A stretch of 50,037 nt of DNA from the NCBI GenBank assembly GCA_026394215.1, contig JAPKYR010000198.1, positions 1 to 50,037 of the forward strand, read 5' to 3'. Positions 41,878-50,037 of this stretch are shown here, one piece after another. The notes beneath the pieces were generated by a model. The model was not told the origin of the DNA and did not search any database. It worked only from the letters and a program-made list of their open reading frames with translations. Positions within the stretch are counted from its first letter, which is position 1. Each line of letters opens with the position of its first letter. This stretch comes from a bacterium. GTDB lineage: Bacteria > JAJVIF01 > JAPKYR01. Made by a program: the position numbers and the translations under genes.

Positions 41878-43389
41878 TTACTCGCTATATCGCATAGTAG
41901 TGGGAAGTGCCGGTAATTTTCCTTCGAAGTATTCTCCAATTGTGAATATCTGGATTTTAGGAATATCAAATTTGAACAAACCCTCTTTGCCGGTAAATCG
42001 GCCGGCAGAAGCAGCCTCTTTCTTCATTTCCTTTGTATATGATTCCATCACAACAAAGATACCGGCATCGGCTTTTTCACGTTGCAGCGTTCCTTTAAAA
42101 TCCCTGATCATAGCTGAACCTTTATGAGAACCTCCCTTTACCTGAACTAATATTTTTGCATATTTTCCCTTTTCAGTCTGAATCCACCCAAATCCATCGA
42201 CTCCCCTGTCAGCTCCCTTCCGCTCATTTGGAATGATTCCCGGGATTCTGGTTACCGCCCATGCTTCAAACTGCCATGGGTCTCTGCTGAAAAGGTCTTT
42301 CGCTCCGTTAAGGTCTTCCGGCAATCCAAAAATTTTTAATGTGGTCCTGAATGCATCCTTTAGCCTTCGTTCAATAAGACCAATGGCAATATGTGTGATA
42401 TCTATTCCTATCCAGTTCCGGTTGAGTTTCTGAGCGGCATATAAGGCAGTACCGCAACCGCAGAAGGGATCCAGCACAATATCACCTTCGCTTGAACTGG
42501 CGCTTATGATGCGCTCCAGAAGCGCTACAGGTTTCTGCGTCGGATACGGCAGCCTCTCTGAGGCGGCCTGGTTTACTATATTTATATCTATCCACCAGTC
42601 CTCTAATACGACACCTATCTTTTCATCGAGATAATCCCGCACTACAAGCTCAGGCTGTGATTTTTCCAACTCCAAAGGGACGTCTTTCTGCGACCTGACC
42701 GGGCTCCCCGTTATTCCCCGTCCCTCCAGGCGAAACCTTCTGCCTTTTTCGTCTGAGTGCCGATACTTAGCCACCGCCGCATCCGTTAACGGCCTTGTGG
42801 CGTTGCGCCAGTCAAATTTATATTCATCGGTTTTGGTGTAGAAGAGGATTACATCATGCTTTCGGCCAAAGTACTTCTTTGATTGCGGTCTCGACTTATA
42901 ACACCATACAATCTCATTTCTGAACCTGGTTGGCCCGAATATTGAATCAAGTAAAAGCTTAAGATAATGTGATGCAGTTGGATCGCAATGAAGATACATG
43001 CTTCCGGTATTCTTCAGGACTCTATGCAGTTCGATGAACCTTACAGCCATCATTGCCAGGTACGCCATTACATCATTCTCACCCAATGCCTTCCTGAATG
43101 CATCAAGGAGGTTCGCCGACTTACCCCCATTTTTCATTACCAGGCTGTATGCACGTTCAGATTCGTCTCCCCATTGCCATGTATCGTCAAATGCCTGAAT
43201 TTGAGCGCTTGATTTAGCCCCATTACTGGCAAACAGGATGTTATATGGCCGTTTGGAATTGAAGGGCGGGTCAAGATATATCAAATCGATACTCTCATCC
43301 GAAATATACTTTTGAAGCACCTCCAGGTTGTCTCCATAGTAAAGTCGATTATCTAACGATTGTTGTTGCTTTTTTCGTCCATTTGTCAT
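41878..43389 (-). CDS. Beta-class N6A/N4C DNA methyltransferase fused to a C-terminal Mrr-like (PD-(D/E)xK) nuclease domain.
   Basis: Motif IV IYLDPPFNS lies near the N-terminus and motif I VLDPFCGCGTALYAAQKL lies later. The C-terminal FEAWAV...GADRGVDGFGW...ILVQVKGG...IRDFKGTL...GIFVV matches the restriction-endonuclease (Mrr_cat-like) pattern. Confidence 0.75.
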   Translation of the reverse strand: MTNGRKKQQQSLDNRLYYGDNLEVLQKYISDESIDLIYLDPPFNSKRPYNILFASNGAKSSAQIQAFDDTWQWGDESERAYSLVMKNGGKSANLLDAFRKALGENDVMAYLAMMAVRFIELHRVLKNTGSMYLHCDPTASHYLKLLLDSIFGPTRFRNEIVWCYKSRPQSKKYFGRKHDVILFYTKTDEYKFDWRNATRPLTDAAVAKYRHSDEKGRRFRLEGRGITGSPVRSQKDVPLELEKSQPELVVRDYLDEKIGVVLEDWWIDINIVNQAASERLPYPTQKPVALLERIISASSSEGDIVLDPFCGCGTALYAAQKLNRNWIGIDITHIAIGLIERRLKDAFRTTLKIFGLPEDLNGAKDLFSRDPWQFEAWAVTRIPGIIPNERKGADRGVDGFGWIQTEKGKYAKILVQVKGGSHKGSAMIRDFKGTLQREKADAGIFVVMESYTKEMKKEAASAGRFTGKEGLFKFDIPKIQIFTIGEYFEGKLPALPTTMRYSE

Positions 43390-43568
43390 GTATTAATACC
43401 CCAAGTGAGATAGCCAGGCAACATCCCTCACCGAGTCACATGCAAATTATTATATCATAATCCCGGCAAACATAGCCGGGCTGCACCCACCGACGCGCGA
43501 GAATCAGGATAGATATTCGCGATTTTGCTTTCCCATTTATTTTTTCCCACAACCCCTTCCTTTACTGC

Positions 43569-43574
43569 TATAAT
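43569..43574 (+). promoter_or_regulatory. Candidate -10 box upstream of glmM.
   Basis: A perfect TATAAT lies 44 nt upstream of ATG 43618. The -35 region is weak. Confidence 0.3.
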
Positions 43575-43617
43575 GAGGCTCCTGCGACACTTTGAAGCAT
43601 CGCAGGGGGACTTATTA

Positions 43618-44982
43618 ATGGCGCGTTATTTTGGAACTGACGGGATCAGGGGGATTGCCGGAGTCGACCTCACCGCGGAATTTTCGTTTCATCTCGGTGA
43701 GGCCGTCGGTGAACTCATACGCCAAAAGCGGTGGCAAAAGAAAATTATTATCGGGCGCGACAGCCGTATCTCCGGCCCGATGATAGAATCCGCGCTGACA
43801 GCCGGACTGATGGCGTCGGGCATCGACGTTTTCGTTATCGGAATCGCACCCACCCCGGTAATAGCGTACCTTACAAAATACCTCAGCTTTCCTCTCGGAT
43901 GCGTGATATCCGCGAGTCATAATCCTATCGAAGATAACGGCATCAAGTTTTTCGACAGCAGGGGTATGAAAATCGACGATGCCTTACAGGACAAAATCGA
44001 GGCACTTCTGAAACCGGGCGCGTTCAGTCATCCGAAATTATCCGGCATGCAGATTGGCGCGAGACATGAGTGGTCGACAAGGGTCGATGAGTATGTCAGG
44101 TTTTTGAGCGATATCGGGCAGGACAATCTATCCGGAATGAAAATCGTTCTGGACGCGGCATATGGCGCCGGTTACGCGATCGGACCGTCGATTTTCAGGC
44201 TCCTCGGCGCGATGGTGACGCCTCTGAACAGTATCGCGGATGGCGAGCGGATAAATGTCGATTGCGGCGCGACAAATATTAAAATGTGCCGGGACGTAGT
44301 AATGAAATCCGGATCGGTGATGGGAATCGCGCTCGATGGCGACGCGGATCGCGCGATTCTGGTCGATGAAAAAGGAAACATGATCGATGGGGACCAGATG
44401 CTCGCGATGTGGGGCATACATCTTCTTAAAAAAGGCGCGCTGCCGGATAAATCCATCGTCGGGACGGTGCTAAGCAATAAAGGGCTTGAAGTCGCGCTGG
44501 AACAGGCCGGCGGGAAACTCCACCGCGCTCCGGTAGGGGATAAATATGTATTACAGGAAATGCTCTCGAGCGGATCGAGGATCGGCGGCGAGCAGTCGGG
44601 ACATCTTATTTTTCTCGAACATCATACAACCGGCGATGGAATCCTGACTGCGATAATGGTCGGGATTCTGATGCGCGAGACCGGCATGAAACTGTCGGAA
44701 CTCGGCGCGATGATGAAGCGATTCCCGCAGGTACAGTTGAATATCACGGTAAGGGATAAAAAAGCCGCTCTTGAGGACAAGTCGATAAATTCCGGAATTG
44801 AAACTCTCTCGATAGAGATCGAAAAAATTAAAGGACGTCTGCTTGTGAGGCCGTCGGGCACGGAATCGGTCATCAGGATAATGACTGAAGCCCCCGAGGA
44901 ATCCGAGGCGCGGCGGATGGCTGAGCAGGCAATCGCGCTATTTAAAAAACACAGTGAAAACGGTATCGTGACGGAAATCTGA
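43618..44982 (+). CDS. glmM: Phosphoglucosamine mutase.
   Basis: ATG 43618 (MARYFGTDGIRG) follows a GGGGGA RBS. Active-site loop ISASHNPIEDNGIKFF and metal site ALDGDADRAI. The ORF extension to 43525 is not supported. Confidence 0.9.
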   Translation: MARYFGTDGIRGIAGVDLTAEFSFHLGEAVGELIRQKRWQKKIIIGRDSRISGPMIESALTAGLMASGIDVFVIGIAPTPVIAYLTKYLSFPLGCVISASHNPIEDNGIKFFDSRGMKIDDALQDKIEALLKPGAFSHPKLSGMQIGARHEWSTRVDEYVRFLSDIGQDNLSGMKIVLDAAYGAGYAIGPSIFRLLGAMVTPLNSIADGERINVDCGATNIKMCRDVVMKSGSVMGIALDGDADRAILVDEKGNMIDGDQMLAMWGIHLLKKGALPDKSIVGTVLSNKGLEVALEQAGGKLHRAPVGDKYVLQEMLSSGSRIGGEQSGHLIFLEHHTTGDGILTAIMVGILMRETGMKLSELGAMMKRFPQVQLNITVRDKKAALEDKSINSGIETLSIEIEKIKGRLLVRPSGTESVIRIMTEAPEESEARRMAEQAIALFKKHSENGIVTEI

Positions 44983-44985
44983 CGA

Positions 44986-46653
44986 ATGAAGGTTCTGACG
45001 CCGAAAGAGATGCGCGCGGTAGATGATCGTGCGATCAACGAGATGGGGATTCCGGGTCTCCAGTTGATGGAAAACGCGGGACGGTCGGTCGCCGAATGGA
45101 TTATGGAAAATCTTCCGGACACCGACCTTGTCATTGTCCTTGCGGGGAAGGGAAATAACGGCGGGGACGGCCTTGTCGCGGCGAGATATCTTGCCGAGGA
45201 CGGAAGGGACGTCCGTGTTATTCTCATCAGGGACGGAAAGGATCTGTCTCCGGACTGCAAAACCAACCTCGAACTACTCCCATCGGTTATTGATATTACA
45301 ATCGTCGATAATGAAAAAGGCTTGAAATCGGCAATTGCGGAGTTACACGAGCTTGCCGCGCAGAAATCGCCGCTGACATCGGCAATCATTGCAATAGACG
45401 CGCTCCTTGGCACCGGGGCAAGCGGGGTTATCACGGGATTGACGGCCGGTCTTCTCGATGCGGTACGCGCATTCAACTGGCCGGTAGTAGCATGCGATAT
45501 CCCGTCCGGAATCGATGGAAATGACGGTAGCTACCTTGGCGCGGGAATTCCGGCAGTCGCGACAATCACGATGGGGCTTCCGAAAACCGGCCTGTATATC
45601 GGGGCTGGCGTAGAATACTGCGGACATGTTGTTGTCGCCGATATCGGATTTCCTGATGAGGCGACCGCGCCCGCTGTACCGTCGATGGAAACAATCGAGG
45701 GCGTGAAGATCGGGAAACTTTTCGCGGATGATCGAGGACGTCCGGACGAGGTCGCGCTTCATAAAGGGGATTTCGGACGGATTCTCGTCGTTGCGGGGAG
45801 TCGCGGGATGCTTGGCGCGAACGAACTCACAAGCCGCGCCGCTCTCAGAGCGGGTTGCGGACTTGTCGTCGCCGCCGTCCCGGAAAGCGAATATCGGATC
45901 CTCGCATCGCGGACGGGTCCCGAAATTATGACCGCGCCGGTGTTATGCAATGCTGAGCTCGGATGTTTCGCTCCCGACGGTGTGAAGGACCTTGAAAAAT
46001 ATATGGAATGGGCGGACGTGCTCGCGATCGGTCCGGGGTTCAGTGAAAATCCGGACGCTCTCAATTTCGCGAGGAAACTGGTTAAAATATTTCCGGACAC
46101 GCCGGATCATCAGATTGTCGTGGATGCCGATGGATTAAGGGCTTTCATAGACGACCCGTCGCCATTGAGAGGGCGGCATCGCGCGCCGATTCTCACCCCG
46201 CATGCAGGGGAATTCGCAAGGCTCGCAAAGCCTCATAAACTTCCGGACTCGCTTCTGGAAAGGCTTATAGCGTATGCGGAGCTTGCCGATTCGGTAATCG
46301 TTCTGAAAGGCGCGAGAACGCTGGTCGTATCGCCAAGGGAAACGCAGGGGCGCCGAATTTCCGTAAATGTCGAGACCGGCAATGCGGGAATGGCGACTGC
46401 GGGATCGGGCGATGTGCTTACGGGAATTCTCGCGGGACTTGCCGGGCAGCCGACAATCGCGTGGGACCCGTACCGGATCGCGTGTGTCGGGGTTTACCTG
46501 CACGGATTCGCGGGTGATCTCGCGGCGCGAAAAAATAGCAGGCAGGGGATGATCGCGGGCGATATTATCGATAACCTTCCTACGGCGTTCAGGCAGTTTA
46601 AGAAAAAATACGGAAAGCTTCCAAACAATAAAAAGAATGGGAGGCGGAGGTAG
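44986..46653 (+). CDS. nnr: Bifunctional NAD(P)H-hydrate repair enzyme (epimerase plus ADP-dependent dehydratase).
   Basis: YjeF_N pattern VLAGKGNNGGDGLVAARYL. C-terminal kinase-like domain with ATAGSGDVLTGILAGL. Confidence 0.85.
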   Translation: MKVLTPKEMRAVDDRAINEMGIPGLQLMENAGRSVAEWIMENLPDTDLVIVLAGKGNNGGDGLVAARYLAEDGRDVRVILIRDGKDLSPDCKTNLELLPSVIDITIVDNEKGLKSAIAELHELAAQKSPLTSAIIAIDALLGTGASGVITGLTAGLLDAVRAFNWPVVACDIPSGIDGNDGSYLGAGIPAVATITMGLPKTGLYIGAGVEYCGHVVVADIGFPDEATAPAVPSMETIEGVKIGKLFADDRGRPDEVALHKGDFGRILVVAGSRGMLGANELTSRAALRAGCGLVVAAVPESEYRILASRTGPEIMTAPVLCNAELGCFAPDGVKDLEKYMEWADVLAIGPGFSENPDALNFARKLVKIFPDTPDHQIVVDADGLRAFIDDPSPLRGRHRAPILTPHAGEFARLAKPHKLPDSLLERLIAYAELADSVIVLKGARTLVVSPRETQGRRISVNVETGNAGMATAGSGDVLTGILAGLAGQPTIAWDPYRIACVGVYLHGFAGDLAARKNSRQGMIAGDIIDNLPTAFRQFKKKYGKLPNNKKNGRRR

Positions 46654-46654
46654 G

Positions 46655-47782
46655 ATGCCGTTCTCGCGCGCGATCTGGGTCGAGGTCAGCAAAAGTGCGC
46701 TTGCGAATAATATTTCCGAGATACAAAAACGCGCGGGAGATCAGGAAATAATCGCGGTGGTGAAGGCGAACGCGTACGGGCACGGGCTTGTCGGGACGTC
46801 GAAAGCGCTCAAGGAAATCGGGATAAGGGAATTCGCGGTCGCGAGTGTCGGAGAGGGGCTTGAACTACGGCATTCAGGGATCGGACAGCGAAGTTCGAAA
46901 ATTCTCGTGCTCGGATATTCGCTTCCCACGCACGCGGAAGAGGTCATTCGATCCGGATTGTGCCAGACCGTTATTTCCGCGCATGAGATCAGGGCACTCG
47001 CCGACGCCAGCCGGAAACTTGAAAAACCGGCTCACATACAAATCAAAATCGATACCGGCATGCATCGTCTTGGCGCGCCCGCGGGGGATTTCGGACGCCT
47101 TATGGATGCGCTGAAGCATTATCCGTCTGTGAAACTCGACGGAATCTACACGCATTTTTCGTCGGCGGATGAACCCGAAAATCCGATTACGAAAATCCAG
47201 TTCGACACGTTTAAAAAAGCGCTTGCGCCTTACAAACTCCCGAAGCGCGTGAAACTTCACGCGTCGAATTCATCGGCTCTGATAAATTTCCCGCGTTTCA
47301 AACTGGACAAGGTCCGCCCGGGGATCGCGATCTACGGGGAGTACGCATCGCCGAATGTCCCCAAACGACTTAAGCTGATTCCGGCGCTCAGTCTGAAATC
47401 CCGGATAGTTGAAATTAAAACTATAGGCAGCGGGCACGGCGCGGGCTACAATCGCCGGTTTGTAAACGAATCGTCGGTACCGTGCAGGCTGGGGATAATT
47501 CCGGTCGGCTACGCGGACGGTTTCATGACGCGCTCGTCGGGACGCAGGGAGGTCCTTGTCCGCGGACGGCGCTCGCGCGTTATCGGCGCGGTGAGTATGG
47601 ACTTCGCGCACATCCTCCTCCCCGACGACCTCTCGATCGGCGTCGGCGAACCGGTAACGCTGATCGGCTCGGACGGCAAAGACTCAATCACCGCCTCCGA
47701 ACTCGGCGTCGTCCTCGGCACGCACGCGTACGAGGTGCTGTGTCTGATACCGACCAGGATACCGAGGAAGTATGTGGAATGA
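46655..47782 (+). CDS. alr: Alanine racemase.
   Basis: ATG 46655 follows a GGCGGAGG RBS. PLP-lysine motif AVVKANAYGHG, and the length also fits. Confidence 0.9.
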   Translation: MPFSRAIWVEVSKSALANNISEIQKRAGDQEIIAVVKANAYGHGLVGTSKALKEIGIREFAVASVGEGLELRHSGIGQRSSKILVLGYSLPTHAEEVIRSGLCQTVISAHEIRALADASRKLEKPAHIQIKIDTGMHRLGAPAGDFGRLMDALKHYPSVKLDGIYTHFSSADEPENPITKIQFDTFKKALAPYKLPKRVKLHASNSSALINFPRFKLDKVRPGIAIYGEYASPNVPKRLKLIPALSLKSRIVEIKTIGSGHGAGYNRRFVNESSVPCRLGIIPVGYADGFMTRSSGRREVLVRGRRSRVIGAVSMDFAHILLPDDLSIGVGEPVTLIGSDGKDSITASELGVVLGTHAYEVLCLIPTRIPRKYVE

Positions 47783-47812
47783 AGGTGAATTACAAGTCTA
47801 ATTCGGGGATAG

Positions 47813-48325
47813 CTATTTTATTTCTTTGCACCCCTCAATTTTTTCTAACTGGCTACTTTTCGCGTTAAGTTTCTCTAAATCCTTATTATTGGGTCCGAGG
47901 AATCCGACCGACACGGCTTTCTTTCTCAATACCCCCAATGCCTGCCTGACCAGAACCAACGGCATTACAAAGTTCACAATCGGGATCAACCAAAACACAA
48001 ACCACCACCACTCTTTTCTGGGTTTCAATCTCTGCACTAGACCCAAGGTAATACCTTGAACCAAGACCAGCACGAAAAATCCCAAACCTGCAAGAATCCT
48101 TGCCAACAAGTCAAGGGGCTTCGCATACAAGAAGATCTCAGCGCACACAACTTGGAAACTAACAAACACCACACCCCCTGTGATGAGTACCCATTGAAGG
48201 AATACAAGGACTCTCCCAGTCAGGGCTGCTTCCTCATCTGTTAATTCCTGAGCAGCCTTTCCTTTAATGTTAGCCCAGATGACAGCGATAATTCCGAAGA
48301 TAATTATGAGAAACCCTAAATGCAT
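47813..48325 (-). CDS. Polytopic membrane protein of unknown function.
   Basis: Four hydrophobic helices, with a WWWFVFWLIPIVNFVMPLVLV segment. Confidence 0.5.
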   Translation of the reverse strand: MHLGFLIIIFGIIAVIWANIKGKAAQELTDEEAALTGRVLVFLQWVLITGGVVFVSFQVVCAEIFLYAKPLDLLARILAGLGFFVLVLVQGITLGLVQRLKPRKEWWWFVFWLIPIVNFVMPLVLVRQALGVLRKKAVSVGFLGPNNKDLEKLNAKSSQLEKIEGCKEIK

Positions 48326-48515
48326 AATATATTTCCTGCGAAGAGCCCCCCATTAGATTCCCCATTACCCCTAATAGTTTCATCTTTTCCATCATTCTAT
48401 CATACATAAAACTACCATTTATGAGTTCCCTAAATTGGTCAGATACCCATCGCATGAGAATTGCAGACATTATTCGTAGCGGCAAGCGCTGATTCTGCTA
48501 TAATTAGTACTGGCC

Positions 48516-48815
48516 ATGTTAAAAACGCGTGATTACATATTTGAAACGATTGAGCGTAATAAAGAAGCGATCCGCAAGTTCGGCGTGAAGCGTCTGGGAT
48601 TGTTCGGTTCATTCGCGAGGGGTGATCAGAAGGAAACAAGCGACCTCGATTTTCTCGTGGAGTTTGAACACAAAACTTTCGACGCTTATATGGACCTGAA
48701 ATTATTTCTTGAGGATCTCTTCAACTGCCGAATCGATCTCGTCACCACTAGCGCCATTCGTCCCGAGTTGCGGGCCGAAATTCTGGAGGAAGCGGTATAT
48801 GTCCCGCAACTTTGA
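48516..48815 (+). CDS. mntA: MntA-type nucleotidyltransferase antitoxin.
   Basis: [24 protein letters not shown] (GSxxRG...DxD minimal nucleotidyltransferase motif). Confidence 0.85.
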   Translation: MLKTRDYIFETIERNKEAIRKFGVKRLGLFGSFARGDQKETSDLDFLVEFEHKTFDAYMDLKLFLEDLFNCRIDLVTTSAIRPELRAEILEEAVYVPQL

Positions 48816-49140
48816 GATATATCTACGGGACATGTCAGACTCGGCCCGAAGGATTCAGGCATGGGTCAAGGGCTATTCACAGGAAAAGTTCAGCGCCGAC
48901 AGGAAGACATTCAATGCCGTTATCAGGGAACTTGAAATAATTGGGGAAGCAGCGAAGAAAATTCCTCAGGAAATCCGTGCCAGGCATCCTGAGGTTCCAT
49001 GGCGGAAACTCGCAGGCTTAAGAGACATCCTTATCCACGAATACTTCGGGATTGACTTGGATGTTGTCTGGGACATAATTGTTAATAAAGTCCCCGATTT
49101 AGAGAAGCAGATTCAAATTATTCTGAACGAGATACGGTAG
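48799..49140 (+). CDS. hepT: HepT (DUF86/HEPN) RNase toxin.
   Basis: ATG 48799 overlaps the mntA end by 17 nt. HEPN Rx4-6H motif in [10 protein letters not shown]. Confidence 0.85.
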   Translation: MSRNFEIYLRDMSDSARRIQAWVKGYSQEKFSADRKTFNAVIRELEIIGEAAKKIPQEIRARHPEVPWRKLAGLRDILIHEYFGIDLDVVWDIIVNKVPDLEKQIQIILNEIR

Positions 49141-49143
49141 GGG

Positions 49144-49194
49144 CAATCCCCCCAACACGCCTTCGCTAAAGCTTCGGCGTGTTACGATCACCCG
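49144..49194 (+). repeat. REP/MITE-like hairpin element, short form.
   Basis: CAATCC...AACACGCC-TTCGCTAAAGCTTC-GGCGTGTT-ACGATCACCC. Confidence 0.75.
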
Positions 49195-49245
49195 CAAAAA
49201 ACAACGGAAATGAGTTACCTGTCCCCAATTAAAACATTCGCCTGT

Positions 49246-49431
49246 TCAATCGGATCTGTTTCTGCCTATCAGAAGATACAGTATCGCTCCAAGCAGCGGC
49301 AGGACCAGAATGACAAGAATCCAGATTATTGTAGTGGAGCCGGATCGCCGGGATCCCAGGAGGTCCATAATTGCCCAGACCATCAGAATGAGCGTGATGA
49401 GTCCGCCAAGGCTGTAGCTAAATACATACAT
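49246..49431 (-). CDS. Small PLDc_N-type (PLD nuclease N-terminal domain-like) membrane protein.
   Basis: ATG 49431 follows a GGAGGG RBS. WAIMDLL...IIWILVILVLPLLGAILYLLIGR. Confidence 0.65.
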   Translation of the reverse strand: MYVFSYSLGGLITLILMVWAIMDLLGSRRSGSTTIIWILVILVLPLLGAILYLLIGRNRSD

Positions 49432-49585
49432 CGGGGGAAACCCTCCTCTCTTTGTCGCGGCTATATCGCGATTATGTAATAAATTCAATATATTCTATCA
49501 TTTTATCGACTTTAATTTCAAATGAAAAAATGCGGGTGCTGGTGGCAAAGACAACTTGTCGCCGATATACCACAGTCCGGAGGAC

Positions 49586-49633
49586 CAATCCGCGACACGC
49601 CTTCGCTAAAGCTACGGCGTGTCACGGGCACCC
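49586..49633 (+). repeat. REP/MITE-like hairpin element, short form.
   Basis: CAATCC..GACACGCC-TTCGCTAAAGCTAC-GGCGTGTC-ACGGGCACCC. Confidence 0.75.
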
Positions 49634-49641
49634 ACCCGGAT

Positions 49642-49875
49642 TCATTCTATCTCATCGAGCGGCAGAAGCTCATCGAGCGAACAATTCAACGCTTTCGCCA
49701 GCCTTATCAGCACTACGATTGTCGGGACATAACGCTCTTCCTCGATCTCCCTGTAACCCTGTATTGTCAATCCGGAATACCTCGACATTGTCTCCTGCGA
49801 CATCCTCCGTTTTTTTCGAAGGCGTACAAGATTCTGAGCGAGGACAAATTCTATCGGCATTTTTAAGTCATGCAT
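49642..49875 (-). CDS. XRE-family helix-turn-helix transcriptional regulator (about 72-77 aa).
   Basis: LAQNLVRLRKKRRMSQETMSRYSGLTIQGYREIEEERYVPTIVVLIRLAKALNCSLDELL. Start at ATG 49875 or 49860. The ORF extension to 49992 runs into a repeat element. Confidence 0.75.
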   Translation of the reverse strand: MHDLKMPIEFVLAQNLVRLRKKRRMSQETMSRYSGLTIQGYREIEEERYVPTIVVLIRLAKALNCSLDELLPLDEIE

Positions 49876-49932
49876 GAGAAAGGTAATTATACAACGAAAA
49901 GCGGAAGGGGGGGGTGCGGGTAATCCGATATC

Positions 49933-50012
49933 GGCGACAAGCACGTGACGCGGGGATGCGCCAGGAAAATTGTAGCTGGTCACGAGCGTCACTTAGCTTG
50001 TCACCGGCACCC
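49933..50012 (+). repeat. REP/MITE-like element, long form (80 nt), copy 2.
   Basis: GGCGACAAGCACGTGACGC - 34 nt - GCGTCACTTAGCTTGTCACCGGCACCC. Confidence 0.8.
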
Positions 50013-50037
50013 GGAGTCCGAAGCACATTAAAGCAAT

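Noticed and set aside
41436-43389. Calling the methyltransferase insertion a mobile element.
   Set aside because: I could find no integrase, transposase, tRNA target, or flanking direct or inverted repeats. I report only compositional contrast and operon interruption.
43461-43490. Hairpin CCCGGC-AAACATA-GCCGGG followed by GCACCCACC, considered as a sixth member of the repeat family.
   Set aside because: Only a 9-nt tail match (GCACCCACC) is shared, which is compatible with chance in 50 kb, and the stem sequence is unrelated.

Overview
The window looks like a contig piece from an uncultivated diderm bacterium. It uses the standard genetic code, and many exported proteins are strikingly Asp/Glu-rich. 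nt 1-21682 is one co-directional type IV pilus-like locus. It holds two paralogous large proteins with CUB-like tails (the first cut by the window edge; the complete one has a prepilin N-terminus) and a PilW/GspJ-like minor pilin. These are followed by a tandem array of 12 diverged small pilin paralogs, mostly with unusually long charged leader peptides. Then come pilM-pilN-pilO, a pilP-like gene split over two reading frames, a 1677-aa secretin with about seven AMIN-like modules, two exported proteins of unknown function, and a shortened pilT-like ATPase. No pilB, pilC or prepilin peptidase lies inside the window. The remaining 28 kb mixes housekeeping genes (aroE-aroC, ymdB, def, cdaA-cdaR, glmM-nnr-alr) with accessory content. 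The accessory genes include a TuaH-like glycosyltransferase, a cytoplasmic HExxH protein and a zinc-ribbon/TM/TPR protein whose last repeat continues in another frame. There is also a ~950-aa lipoprotein ending in about 12 degenerate (G)GNDxY repeats, an orphan DegS-like histidine kinase overlapping ymdB, and several acidic lipoproteins. An A+T-rich insertion carrying a DNA methyltransferase-nuclease fusion splits the conserved cdaA-cdaR-glmM module. An MntA/HepT toxin-antitoxin pair and small XRE and PLDc_N-type genes close the window. Five intergenic copies of one hairpin (REP/MITE-like) repeat family show compensatory stem changes. I recognised no rRNA, tRNA, CRISPR array, transposase or integrase. 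All functional calls rest on motifs I read in the translations. No database search was possible.
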